From an uncultured delta proteobacterium (GTDB lineage Bacteria; Desulfobacterota; Desulfobacteria; Desulfobacterales; QNYZ01), in contig CAWJQU010000003.1 in assembly GCA_963845145.1 (NCBI GenBank), positions 128,001-192,000 on the forward strand: a stretch of 64,000 nt of DNA, given 5' to 3'. The translations under genes were made by a program, and so were the position numbers. The notes under the pieces are model-generated. The model had not been told where the DNA came from. It saw nothing but the letters and a program-made list of their open reading frames with translations, and ran no database searches. Shown here piece by piece: positions 10,330 to 18,899 of the stretch. Positions within the stretch are counted from its first letter, which is position 1. Each line of letters opens with the position of its first letter.

Positions 10330-12231
10330 ATGTCTGAAAAAAAAGACGCAAACATATCACAAGATGACGCCGGCCAAGACGAGGTGCGAGAATTACCACT
10401 GCACAGTCTAAACATCAGGCAATTGATCGAGATGGATGCCTGTACGCGGTGCGGGGAATGCCTCACCTGGTGCCCCGTCCACGATCAGGATGCCAGGGAA
10501 GCCCTCATTCCACGACGCAAGGTGATCGATTTTTTAAAGGTTGCTAAAGCCCAACAGGGCATTCTGGCAAAGATTATCAAGCACCGCAAAGTAAGTGATC
10601 CGCTCAAAAGAATACTAACCCGTCTGTTCCGTTACCGTGACATTGGCAAGGCGGAAATAGAGGATTTCGTCCAGAACCTTTACGAGTGTTCCACCTGTGG
10701 GCAATGCGAGGTGGTTTGCCCGGCGCATATCGAAACCGTCACACTTTGGGAAGAGTTAAGGCGAATTATCGTCCAGGCCGGCTACGGGCCCCTGGAAGCT
10801 CAGAAAGGGTTGGTTAAAAGTGTAAAGGCCTTTGACAATCCCTGGCAGCAGCCCCGGGCGGGGCGCACAAAATGGGCCCGGAAGGCAAAAAAAGAGGGGC
10901 TCATCAAAAAGCTGCCCCCTGAGATCAAAAAAAACAAGGCCAAGGTGCTTTTGTTTTTTGGCTGCACGGCTGCCTATGACGTCAATGTCAGGCAGGTGGC
11001 CATCAACAACGTCAACATTCTCGACGCCATGGGGATCGATTACGGAATCCTCGGCAGTGAGGAAAAATGTTGTGCCAGCGTATTGCTGCGCATGGGGGAC
11101 CCGGAACATGAGCGGGTGTTCAAACAAAATATCGACCTGTTTAATAGTTTGGGTATTGATACCTTAATCAGTTCCTGTTCGGGATGCTTTAAAACCATCA
11201 TGCAGGATTATCCGCGAATTGCGCCGCTAAATTTCGAGGTACTGCATTCCGTTGAATATTTTGCACGGCTCCTGAAGCAGGGGAAGCTGACATTTTCGCA
11301 TGCGGTCGACCGTACCGTCACCTACCACGATCCCTGCCATCTTGGCCGGGCTACCGGCGGTTTTGATGGCCCGCGAATGATCATGGAAGCCATTCCCGGC
11401 CTCAAGCTCATCGAGATGCCCAGAAACCGTGAGTACTCGCGCTGCTGTGGGGCCGGCGGCGGTCTCAAGGCCGGTTTCCCGGAGATTCAGAATAAAATGG
11501 CCCGGCGACGGATTCGCGAAGCCGAGGAAACCGGCGCCGACTCGCTGGTATCGAGTTGCCCCTTTTGCTATCAGGGGTTGAATATCGGTATAAGCGCATT
11601 GGAATCGCAGCTGATCATGAGGGACATCAGCGCCCTTGTTGCGGAATCGCTTTTGGGCTACGATGTCTTTCAGCAGCCACCTCCCCACTTGGCCCAGGCG
11701 CCGGTGGCTGAAACAGAACCACCGAATGCGCCCGTAAAAACAGCTAAAGTGGCCTCAACGGAAAAGCCGGGTGAAGCCGCATCCCATGAAAGGGATGCAA
11801 AAAAAGCAGCGAGACAAAAAAACCGGGCGGAACGCCGCGCCAATCGAAGAGGCAAAGCGCTGAAAGAAAATGTCTCAGCACCCATGGAGGTAACGCCGGC
11901 GGAAACAGCCTCAGGCCAACCCGATGGCGAAAAAGGGCCTGGCGATGTGGCCAAAGAAGCTAAAAAGGCTGCCAGGCAAGAACGCCGGGCTGCCCGTAGA
12001 TCATCCCGAAAAAGTGATTCCTTACCGGGCAATATTGAAACACCGGAGGTTACAGTAGATGAAACCGCCCCGGTGGTCCAGGTACCTGAAGCACAGCCGG
12101 CGGAACCAGCTCCGGAGATGGGTGCTGAAGGAAACGACAGTGACACCAAGCAGGAACGAAAGCGCAAACGCGCCGAAAAACGGGCAGCGCGGGAAAAGGA
12201 AAAGTTAGCGAGGCGGGCCAAAAGGCAATAG
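10330..12231 (+). CDS. HdrD-like Fe-S protein (2x[4Fe-4S], two CCG domains) with a low-complexity C-terminal tail
   Basis: CTRCGECLTWCP, CSTCGQCEVVCP, FFGC, KCC, SCSGC, YHDPCHLGR, CCGAGGG, SCPFC. Confidence 0.9.
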   Translation: MSEKKDANISQDDAGQDEVRELPLHSLNIRQLIEMDACTRCGECLTWCPVHDQDAREALIPRRKVIDFLKVAKAQQGILAKIIKHRKVSDPLKRILTRLFRYRDIGKAEIEDFVQNLYECSTCGQCEVVCPAHIETVTLWEELRRIIVQAGYGPLEAQKGLVKSVKAFDNPWQQPRAGRTKWARKAKKEGLIKKLPPEIKKNKAKVLLFFGCTAAYDVNVRQVAINNVNILDAMGIDYGILGSEEKCCASVLLRMGDPEHERVFKQNIDLFNSLGIDTLISSCSGCFKTIMQDYPRIAPLNFEVLHSVEYFARLLKQGKLTFSHAVDRTVTYHDPCHLGRATGGFDGPRMIMEAIPGLKLIEMPRNREYSRCCGAGGGLKAGFPEIQNKMARRRIREAEETGADSLVSSCPFCYQGLNIGISALESQLIMRDISALVAESLLGYDVFQQPPPHLAQAPVAETEPPNAPVKTAKVASTEKPGEAASHERDAKKAARQKNRAERRANRRGKALKENVSAPMEVTPAETASGQPDGEKGPGDVAKEAKKAARQERRAARRSSRKSDSLPGNIETPEVTVDETAPVVQVPEAQPAEPAPEMGAEGNDSDTKQERKRKRAEKRAAREKEKLARRAKRQ

Positions 12232-12277
12232 GTAAAACAAAATTATAATATATCGGGTTAAGATAAATGGAGAAATT

Positions 12278-13249
12278 ATGAAACGGTCAGCGGTCATGTG
12301 TATTCTCGCCGTTCTGCTGCTGGTGGGCACCTCGGTTCAATCTACCGAAACGCCTAAGCCGGCGATTCGTATGGCAGTTCTGCAAAGCGATATTCACCAG
12401 TTGGCATTCTGGGTGGCTTTGGAAAAAGGATATTTTACTAAAAACGGTGTGAATGTGGAAGTCGCTGGAATATTCAGGGCCGGCCCGGAGATTATGACTG
12501 CCTTTTCGGCTGGTGAGCTGGATATGGCCTATGTTGGGGAAGCCCCCTCAACAACCGCTGTTGCCAACAAAGCCGCCAAAGTCGTCGTGGTTGCCCAAGT
12601 CAATACCGAAGGATCAGCCCTGGTGATAGCGAAAGACAACGCAGCCATTAAAAACTTGGCTGATTTGAAAGGCAAGACGGTTGCCGTTCCAGGCCATTCC
12701 ACCGTCCAGGATTTTTTACTGCGCAAGGCCCTCAAAAATGAGGGGATTGACCTGTCGTTTGTCAATATTATCGTGCTAAAACCGCCGGAAATGATTAACG
12801 CACTTCGCACGGGCCAAGTCGATGCGTTTATTGCCTGGGAACCTCATCCCTCCAAAGCAGCCACCATGGGCGTGGGGCAAAACCTGGCCACATCAGGCAC
12901 TATGTGGCCGGGACATCCGTGTTGTGTACTGGTGACCGATAAGGGGTTTCTGGCCAACCAGCAGGAAAAAGTTCGGGCCGTGGTGGCCGCGCATATCCAG
13001 GCCACGGACTATATCCAGGGCAACGTCGAAGAAGCAATAGCCATTGGCGTTAAATCAACCGGCATGGATGAAGCCACCATCCGCAAGGCCATACAAAATG
13101 TCCACTTCACCTACAAGCTGAACATAGAGGGAGAAAAAGAATACGTCCGGTTTCTCTCTGAACTCGGCTATATTCACATAGAGAATCCAGACGGATTTGT
13201 GGATCAATTTCTTCAGCCGAATATCCTACGTGACTTAATGCCTCAATGA
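12278..13249 (+). CDS. NitT/TauT (SsuA-like) ABC substrate-binding protein
   Basis: Signal peptide, VALEKGYF, LKGKTVAVP, VDAFIAWEP. Confidence 0.88.
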   Translation: MKRSAVMCILAVLLLVGTSVQSTETPKPAIRMAVLQSDIHQLAFWVALEKGYFTKNGVNVEVAGIFRAGPEIMTAFSAGELDMAYVGEAPSTTAVANKAAKVVVVAQVNTEGSALVIAKDNAAIKNLADLKGKTVAVPGHSTVQDFLLRKALKNEGIDLSFVNIIVLKPPEMINALRTGQVDAFIAWEPHPSKAATMGVGQNLATSGTMWPGHPCCVLVTDKGFLANQQEKVRAVVAAHIQATDYIQGNVEEAIAIGVKSTGMDEATIRKAIQNVHFTYKLNIEGEKEYVRFLSELGYIHIENPDGFVDQFLQPNILRDLMPQ

Positions 13250-14001
13250 AAGGCAAGCGGATCATACCGCCCGTGATATTGCTACTGGTATGGCAATTAC
13301 TTTGTGCCACCAGCGTGATTCCTGCGTTTAAGTTGCCTTCACCGGTTCAGGTGGTATCCGGGCTGATGGATCTAATCGGCACGGGAATGCCCCCTGGGCG
13401 TCTGCTGCATATGCATATTTATTATAGTCTGCAACGCGTTTTGTGGGGGTATTCACTAGCGGTGGTGACAGCTGTGCCCCTGGGGCTTCTCATGGGCTGG
13501 TCCGGGACCGTGCGCACCATGCTTGAGCCTTTGGTGGAAATAATTCGTCCGATTCCACCACTGGCCTGGATTCCCCTTTCCATTCTCTGGTTCGGTATCG
13601 GAATTAAATCCGCGGCATTTATTATTTTCCTAGGCGCTTTTTTCCCGATTCTTCTGAGCATGATCACCGGGGTTCGCAGCATTGAGCCGGTGTTGATTGA
13701 GGCGGCCAGAATGCTCAATGCGGACCGGCGGTTTATATTTCTACATGTTTTGGTCCCGGGTGCCATGCCCTCCATATTGACAGGCATGCGCATCGGAATC
13801 GGCATTGGCTGGATGTCCCTGGTGGCGGCTGAATTCGCGGGCGTCAAGCAAGGCTACGGCTTGGGTTATATGATCATGACGGCCCGGGATATTCAACGTT
13901 CCGATGAAATCATCGCGGGCATGCTCGTTATCGGTGCTATTGGGCTTGGAATTGATGCCTGTTTGCAAATGGTTGAAAAACATCTTGTCAGTTGGCGCTA
14001 A
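13246..14001 (+). CDS. NitT/TauT ABC permease
   Basis: LPSP, RPIPPLAWIP, EAARML, LVAAE. Confidence 0.9.
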   Translation: MKGKRIIPPVILLLVWQLLCATSVIPAFKLPSPVQVVSGLMDLIGTGMPPGRLLHMHIYYSLQRVLWGYSLAVVTAVPLGLLMGWSGTVRTMLEPLVEIIRPIPPLAWIPLSILWFGIGIKSAAFIIFLGAFFPILLSMITGVRSIEPVLIEAARMLNADRRFIFLHVLVPGAMPSILTGMRIGIGIGWMSLVAAEFAGVKQGYGLGYMIMTARDIQRSDEIIAGMLVIGAIGLGIDACLQMVEKHLVSWR

Positions 14002-14010
14002 CCGGTACTT

Positions 14011-14781
14011 ATGAGAACCCGACTTGAAATCGCTGACCTGAAAAAATCGTATCCAGGCAACACGCCCGATGCAGACATTGACGTGTTCTGCGGGATGAGC
14101 TTTTCGGTACAACAGGGGCAAATATTCTCCATTCTCGGGCCCAGCGGCTGCGGCAAGACCACGCTCTTGCGCCTCATTGCCGGTTTGGAAGGAAAAATAT
14201 CGGGCGAAATTTTGTTGGACGGTGAAAAACTATCCAGTTGTGACTCGCGAGTGGGAATGGTTTTTCAGGAATACGCGTTGTTTCCCTGGCGAAACCTGAT
14301 TAAAAATATTGAAGTAGCTCTTGAAATCAAGGGCCTGGCCCCCGCGGTCCGCCGGGCCCGGGCCATGCAGTATATCCGGGATTTCGGTCTGGAAGGATTT
14401 GAAAACGCTTATCCCAAAGCGCTCTCCGGCGGCATGAAACAACGTGCGGCCATTGCACGCACGCTGATCGCCAATCCGCAAGTCGTGCTAATGGATGAAC
14501 CGTTCGGGTCACTCGACAGCCAAACCCGTAACGTCATGCAGGAATTTCTCCTGAAAATCTGGGAAGAAAGAAAAGATACGATCCTGTTTGTCACCCACAA
14601 TGTGGACGAGGCCGTTTACATCAGCGATCGCATTGCCGTTTTATCCCCGCGCCCCGCCAGCATTCTGAAAATATTTGATGTCGACCTTAAAAGGCCCAGA
14701 AACCGTACCGGCAATGAACATAACCGCATCAGAAGTCAGATCCTTGAATTGCTCAATGCTTCCGCCGCCGTCGGCAAATGA
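14011..14781 (+). CDS. NitT/TauT ABC ATP-binding protein
   Basis: GPSGCGKT, LSGGMKQR, MDEPF, FVTH. Confidence 0.93.
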   Translation: MRTRLEIADLKKSYPGNTPDADIDVFCGMSFSVQQGQIFSILGPSGCGKTTLLRLIAGLEGKISGEILLDGEKLSSCDSRVGMVFQEYALFPWRNLIKNIEVALEIKGLAPAVRRARAMQYIRDFGLEGFENAYPKALSGGMKQRAAIARTLIANPQVVLMDEPFGSLDSQTRNVMQEFLLKIWEERKDTILFVTHNVDEAVYISDRIAVLSPRPASILKIFDVDLKRPRNRTGNEHNRIRSQILELLNASAAVGK

Positions 14782-14836
14782 TCGAGTTGGATTATTGAAA
14801 GTCACATAGCGGTTTATAAAAGCGGCGTAAGTCGGG

Positions 14837-14876
14837 TTCCGTTGGTGTTAAGCGTAGCGAAACCCAACAATCGGAA
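14837..14876. repeat. REP-like hairpin
   Basis: GTTGGTGTTAAGCGTAGCGAAACCCAAC within an imperfect stem. Confidence 0.45.
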
Positions 14877-15224
14877 TTGATTACACGAATCCGTCTTATC
14901 GGATGTGGGCTTGCCCGTGTGCATTTTGATAGTTGGGTATTTTCTAATTTTTCCATATTGCACTTTTGGGCCCCAAAAAAACGATTATAGGATCGTTTCA
15001 AGGTGTTTTTAACCTAACCAACTTAATTTATAGAGTTGTGTGTGGCCGACCCCAATTTAATCCAGAGGGTTATTATGCCGATCCGTATATGACGCCATGA
15101 TAAAGCACTCGATTAGATGCGAACGGCTGATTTTGAGAGATACATCTGTTCATTCATCACTTCACCAATGATGTGTTATGCGGATCAATTCATTCGTTGT
15201 TAGGTCAACAAGAAAGGAGAGGAC

Positions 15225-15374
15225 GTGGCAAACACATACATTAGAAACGCGGAGAACCATAAACCGGAGATTAGGGAATTTATATATGATAAAGTACTGT
15301 CAGACAGACTGAGCACTCTTGCTTATAAAACTCTGGAACCATCTTATCTTTCAAACGTTGTGGGGGTAAGGTAA
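15225..15374 (+). CDS. Putative 49-aa small protein or gene remnant
   Basis: AAGGAGAGG RBS before GTG; MANTYIRNAENHKPEIREFIYDKVLSDRLSTLAYKTLEPSYLSNVVGVR. Confidence 0.3.
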   Translation: MANTYIRNAENHKPEIREFIYDKVLSDRLSTLAYKTLEPSYLSNVVGVR

Positions 15375-15579
15375 TTGTCCTCCGCTCTCGCAGCCATTTT
15401 AGCAGACCATCGGAAGCAAGGGCATCTCGGAAGATCGATATAAAAGGGCATCATTTATTATTTTCCGTGACATTTGGTCGGGAAAACGAACTGAAAGAGG
15501 TAAAATCAAAGAAGGTTGAGGCGTGGTCTATTACAAACGAGGATCGAGAAATATTATCGAGTGTTTTCAGAAGGTTAAG

Positions 15580-15672
15580 TGGCGGAGAGGGTGGGATTCG
15601 AACCCACGATCCCGCTTTTGGCAGGATACCGCTTTTCGAGAGCGGGGCCTTCAGCCTCTCGGCAACCTCTCC
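15580..15672 (-). tRNA. tRNA-Ser(CGA)
   Basis: GGAGAGG acceptor stem, CCGCT-CT-CGA-AA-AGCGG anticodon arm, long variable arm, GTTCGAATCC, encoded CCA. Confidence 0.97.
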
Positions 15673-15764
15673 GGCTATACTGATCTTACTATACCGACCC
15701 GACCATAATGGCCCGACCTATAATGTCCCGGCGTTGTTGTTCCGGCTATATCGGTCAACCATTT

Positions 15765-15793
15765 ATACTAACGGCGAAGCAGCGCTGTGTCAA
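15765..15793 (-). promoter_or_regulatory. sigma70 promoter of tRNA-Ser
   Basis: TTGACA-17 bp-TAGTAT on the minus strand. Confidence 0.6.
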
Positions 15794-15908
15794 TTCCTTC
15801 TGTACCTTCCGTACCCAATCGGTCACATTTAATTGGTCTTTGTTAATCCGTAACACCTATGGTATGAACAGCCTAATCGCAATGATGACCAGCCTTGACA
15901 ATTGAACA

Positions 15909-17330
15909 ATGGACCCGAATAAAAACCAAATTCCACCAAATGTCAAAACAATTCATCTGATCGCTGCCTGCGGGACGGCCATGGGCGCCCTGGCGGTAAT
16001 GTTGAAGGGTCTCGGCTACCGGGTTACCGGATCGGATCACCATGTTTATCCCCCCATGAGCACGTTTCTGCGAGACAACGGGATTTTACTTTGGGAAGGA
16101 TTTGATCCTGCGCACCTGGACAGTAAGCCGGATCTGGTTATCGTGGGCAACGCCGTAACGCGTGACAATCCCCAGGCCGTCCGTGTGGCCGAAACCGGCT
16201 TATATTATTGCTCCATGCCCCAGGCGGTAAACCATTTTGTAACCAAGGGCAAGAAAACCCTGATTGTCACCGGCACCCACGGAAAAACAACCACATCATC
16301 GATATTAGCCTGGCTACTGTATTCGGCGGGGCTCGACCCCTCGTTTATCATTGGCGGGATTCTCCAAAACTTCAACAGCAACCATCGTCTGGGCAACGGT
16401 GAATACGTCGTTATTGAAGGGGATGAATACGATACCGCTTTCTTTGACAAAGGCCCCAAATTTCTACACTATCAACCTCACGCTGCCATTATCACCGGGG
16501 TTGAATTCGATCACGCCGATATTTTCAAGGACCTTGATCATGTTATGGCCGCTTTTGCCCAATTTCTGGATGGATTGCCAAAATCCTGCAACCTGTACGC
16601 TTACGGTGAAAACGAGAATCTCGCCCAGCTGTTGAAAGAGAGACCCACTGCCGTCCAAACATATAGTCAAGCGTCCAATAGGGGTTGGCGGCTGGGCAAG
16701 GTTAAAGATCGAAACGGCTGGAGCGATTTCGAAATCTATAAAAAAGACCGCCCCTATGGCCGGTTTCGGACGCAAATGGTCGGTCAGCACAATTTGCTCA
16801 ATACCTTAGCCGCCGTAGCGGTTGCCGATAGCTTGGGGGTTGCGCCGGATAAGATTGACGAAGCGCTCGTAGAGTTTACCGGAATTCGCCGGCGCCAGGA
16901 GGTACGGGGAATAAAAAGCGGCATCACCGTAATCGATGACTTTGCCCATCATCCCACCGCAGTTGTTGAAACGACAAAAGCCATTCGCGGCCGGTATCCT
17001 GAGGGCCGCCTGATTGCGGTATTTGAGCCTCGAACCCATACCAGCATGCGAAAGATTTTTCAAAAAAGTTACAGTTGTGCATTCGATTCAGCGGATACCA
17101 TATGCATTCGAGAACCTTCCATGCTGCATAAAGTCCCGCAAGAAATTCAAATGTCTTCCCAAACGTTGGTCGACGATCTCATCCGTCGCAAAAAAGATGC
17201 TCATCATTTTAACCGCACTGAGCAAATTATCGATTTTATCGTATCTACTGCACGGTCCGGCGATGTCATATTAATCATGAGCAATGGTGGATTCGATAAT
17301 ATTCACGAGCGTCTTTTAAAACGACTATAA
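15909..17330 (+). CDS. mpl: UDP-MurNAc:L-Ala-gamma-D-Glu-meso-DAP ligase
   Basis: GTAMG, GTHGKTTT, EGDEYDTAFFDK, DDFAHHPTA, MSNGGF. Confidence 0.92.
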   Translation: MDPNKNQIPPNVKTIHLIAACGTAMGALAVMLKGLGYRVTGSDHHVYPPMSTFLRDNGILLWEGFDPAHLDSKPDLVIVGNAVTRDNPQAVRVAETGLYYCSMPQAVNHFVTKGKKTLIVTGTHGKTTTSSILAWLLYSAGLDPSFIIGGILQNFNSNHRLGNGEYVVIEGDEYDTAFFDKGPKFLHYQPHAAIITGVEFDHADIFKDLDHVMAAFAQFLDGLPKSCNLYAYGENENLAQLLKERPTAVQTYSQASNRGWRLGKVKDRNGWSDFEIYKKDRPYGRFRTQMVGQHNLLNTLAAVAVADSLGVAPDKIDEALVEFTGIRRRQEVRGIKSGITVIDDFAHHPTAVVETTKAIRGRYPEGRLIAVFEPRTHTSMRKIFQKSYSCAFDSADTICIREPSMLHKVPQEIQMSSQTLVDDLIRRKKDAHHFNRTEQIIDFIVSTARSGDVILIMSNGGFDNIHERLLKRL

Positions 17331-17354
17331 TATACCCGCCGGGAAAATAACCTT

Positions 17355-17738
17355 ATGGTCAAACTTCTAACAATCGGGTTGGGTGGATTCATCGGAGCAA
17401 TCTTACGCTATCTTGTCAGCCAGCTGACACAGGTCGCTTCGGGTAGTACGTTTTTTCCGTACGGTACCCTGTGTGTCAATTTGATAGGTTGTTTTGTCAT
17501 TGGCATCCTGTCATTCATCGCCGAAACGCGCGGCATGCTGAGCATGGAAACACGAATGTTCCTTCTAGTCGGCCTGTTGGGATCGTTTACGACTTTTTCA
17601 ACATTTGGCAATGAAACATTTAACCTCTTTCGTGAGGGCCGGCCAATCCTGGCAGGCGTAAACGCAAGCGCCCATCTTATCTTTGGGCTTTTATGCGTGT
17701 GGTTCGGACGGCTAACCGCACTTTTTATCTGGAGATGA
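17355..17738 (+). CDS. crcB: Fluoride channel Fluc/CrcB
   Basis: GGFIGAILRY, GTLCVN, GSFTTFSTF. Confidence 0.95.
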   Translation: MVKLLTIGLGGFIGAILRYLVSQLTQVASGSTFFPYGTLCVNLIGCFVIGILSFIAETRGMLSMETRMFLLVGLLGSFTTFSTFGNETFNLFREGRPILAGVNASAHLIFGLLCVWFGRLTALFIWR

Positions 17739-17740
17739 TT

Positions 17741-18076
17741 ATGCAGTTACCGGAAGAGGGTTGTTTGATGAGAATTCATATCGGCGAAAAAAACCGATAT
17801 GAGAGCCGGCCACTTTATGACTGGATCGTTAACAAGGCCAGGGAATCCGGCCTGGCCGGCGCCACTGTTATTCGCGGTATGATGGGCTATGGTGCCAGCA
17901 GCCGTATCAAAACTGCCTCCATTTTATGTTTATCGGAAGATCTCCCCATCATTATCGAGTTGGTGGATACGCGCGAACAATTGGAGCAGTTTCTCGATCT
18001 CATTGAGCCGGTGATCAGTGAAGGGCTGACAACCATGGAAAAGGTGAATATCCGTTTCTATCGTTCGGGAGGTTAA
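17741..18076 (+). CDS. DUF190 family protein
   Basis: GLAGATVIRGMMGYG, LSEDLPIIIELVD; typical crcB partner. Confidence 0.88.
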   Translation: MQLPEEGCLMRIHIGEKNRYESRPLYDWIVNKARESGLAGATVIRGMMGYGASSRIKTASILCLSEDLPIIIELVDTREQLEQFLDLIEPVISEGLTTMEKVNIRFYRSGG

Positions 18077-18098
18077 TTGGTACCAACGGTTTATCGGA

Positions 18099-18632
18099 TT
18101 ATTCCGACAGGTCCATGACGTCTGCGCCGGTCACCTTAAGTAACTCAGCCGTTTCAAGTTGCATCATGGCGTTGATCTTCCCTCCCCCACCAAAAACGAC
18201 TTTCTGGGCAATCACAATTTCATCCACCAGTGTCCGCAGCGGATACCGGTGACCAAAAGGCGGCATACTACCAACTTGAAAACCGGTTTTATCTAAAACC
18301 TGCTCCGGACTTGCGAATTTGACACGGCTTTTTCCCACGCCAAGATAAATGGCCAATTTTTTGCGATCCACGCGATTCAGTCCGTTGTTAATAACGAGTA
18401 ACGGCTCTTTCGACACCATGAATACCAGCGATTTGATTATCTGGTCGGTTTGCACGCCCAAGGCACGTGCGGCATCACGCACTGTAGGGGTTTTTTCTTT
18501 TAGCGGCAAAATAGTGGCATTGATGTGGGTAGTGTCAATAAATCTTTGCAGATCCATACAATTTAAAGGCCTTGCTAACATGTCTCCTTGTCTCCTATTC
18601 GGCTCATTGCCATTTGATATCGATTCTGCCAT
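18099..18632 (-). CDS. YbaK/EbsC aminoacyl-tRNA deacylase family protein (start uncertain)
   Basis: AARALGV, IIKSLVF, GSMPPFG, GGG. Confidence 0.85.
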   Translation of the reverse strand: MAESISNGNEPNRRQGDMLARPLNCMDLQRFIDTTHINATILPLKEKTPTVRDAARALGVQTDQIIKSLVFMVSKEPLLVINNGLNRVDRKKLAIYLGVGKSRVKFASPEQVLDKTGFQVGSMPPFGHRYPLRTLVDEIVIAQKVVFGGGGKINAMMQLETAELLKVTGADVMDLSE

Positions 18633-18793
18633 GGCAATTTCAGTTGTCCTTTTCCAGGCACCATCGCCTTGAGTTGTTATTTTAATTACAATTAATTTTT
18701 GTATTTAAAATTATAATTTATTATATCTAAATTTAATTATACGTTATCGCTTATATAACCTATTATATCAAAATATTATAATATTAGATGCAA

Positions 18794-18810
18794 TTGGCCT
18801 GTTTTTTGCA
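18794..18810 (+). promoter_or_regulatory. sigma54 (-24/-12) promoter
   Basis: TTGGCCTGTTTTTTGCA = GG-N10-GC, preceded by a very AT-rich tract at 18675-18790. Confidence 0.65.
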
Positions 18811-18899
18811 ATATTTTAACCAGGTGCAATCAATGCGAATAAATGGGTGGCGTGTGATTCCGTATTGTATAACCCAATAAACTGTGATTAATATCTGCT

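Noticed and set aside
15467..15832. 121-aa plus-strand ORF
   Set aside because: Antisense reading of tRNA-Ser
18630..18670. GGCGATGGTG on the minus strand near crcB, resembling a fluoride riboswitch start
   Set aside because: No complementary CGCC stem or downstream CTGATG/CTAATG motif, and it lies upstream of the ybaK-like gene, not crcB
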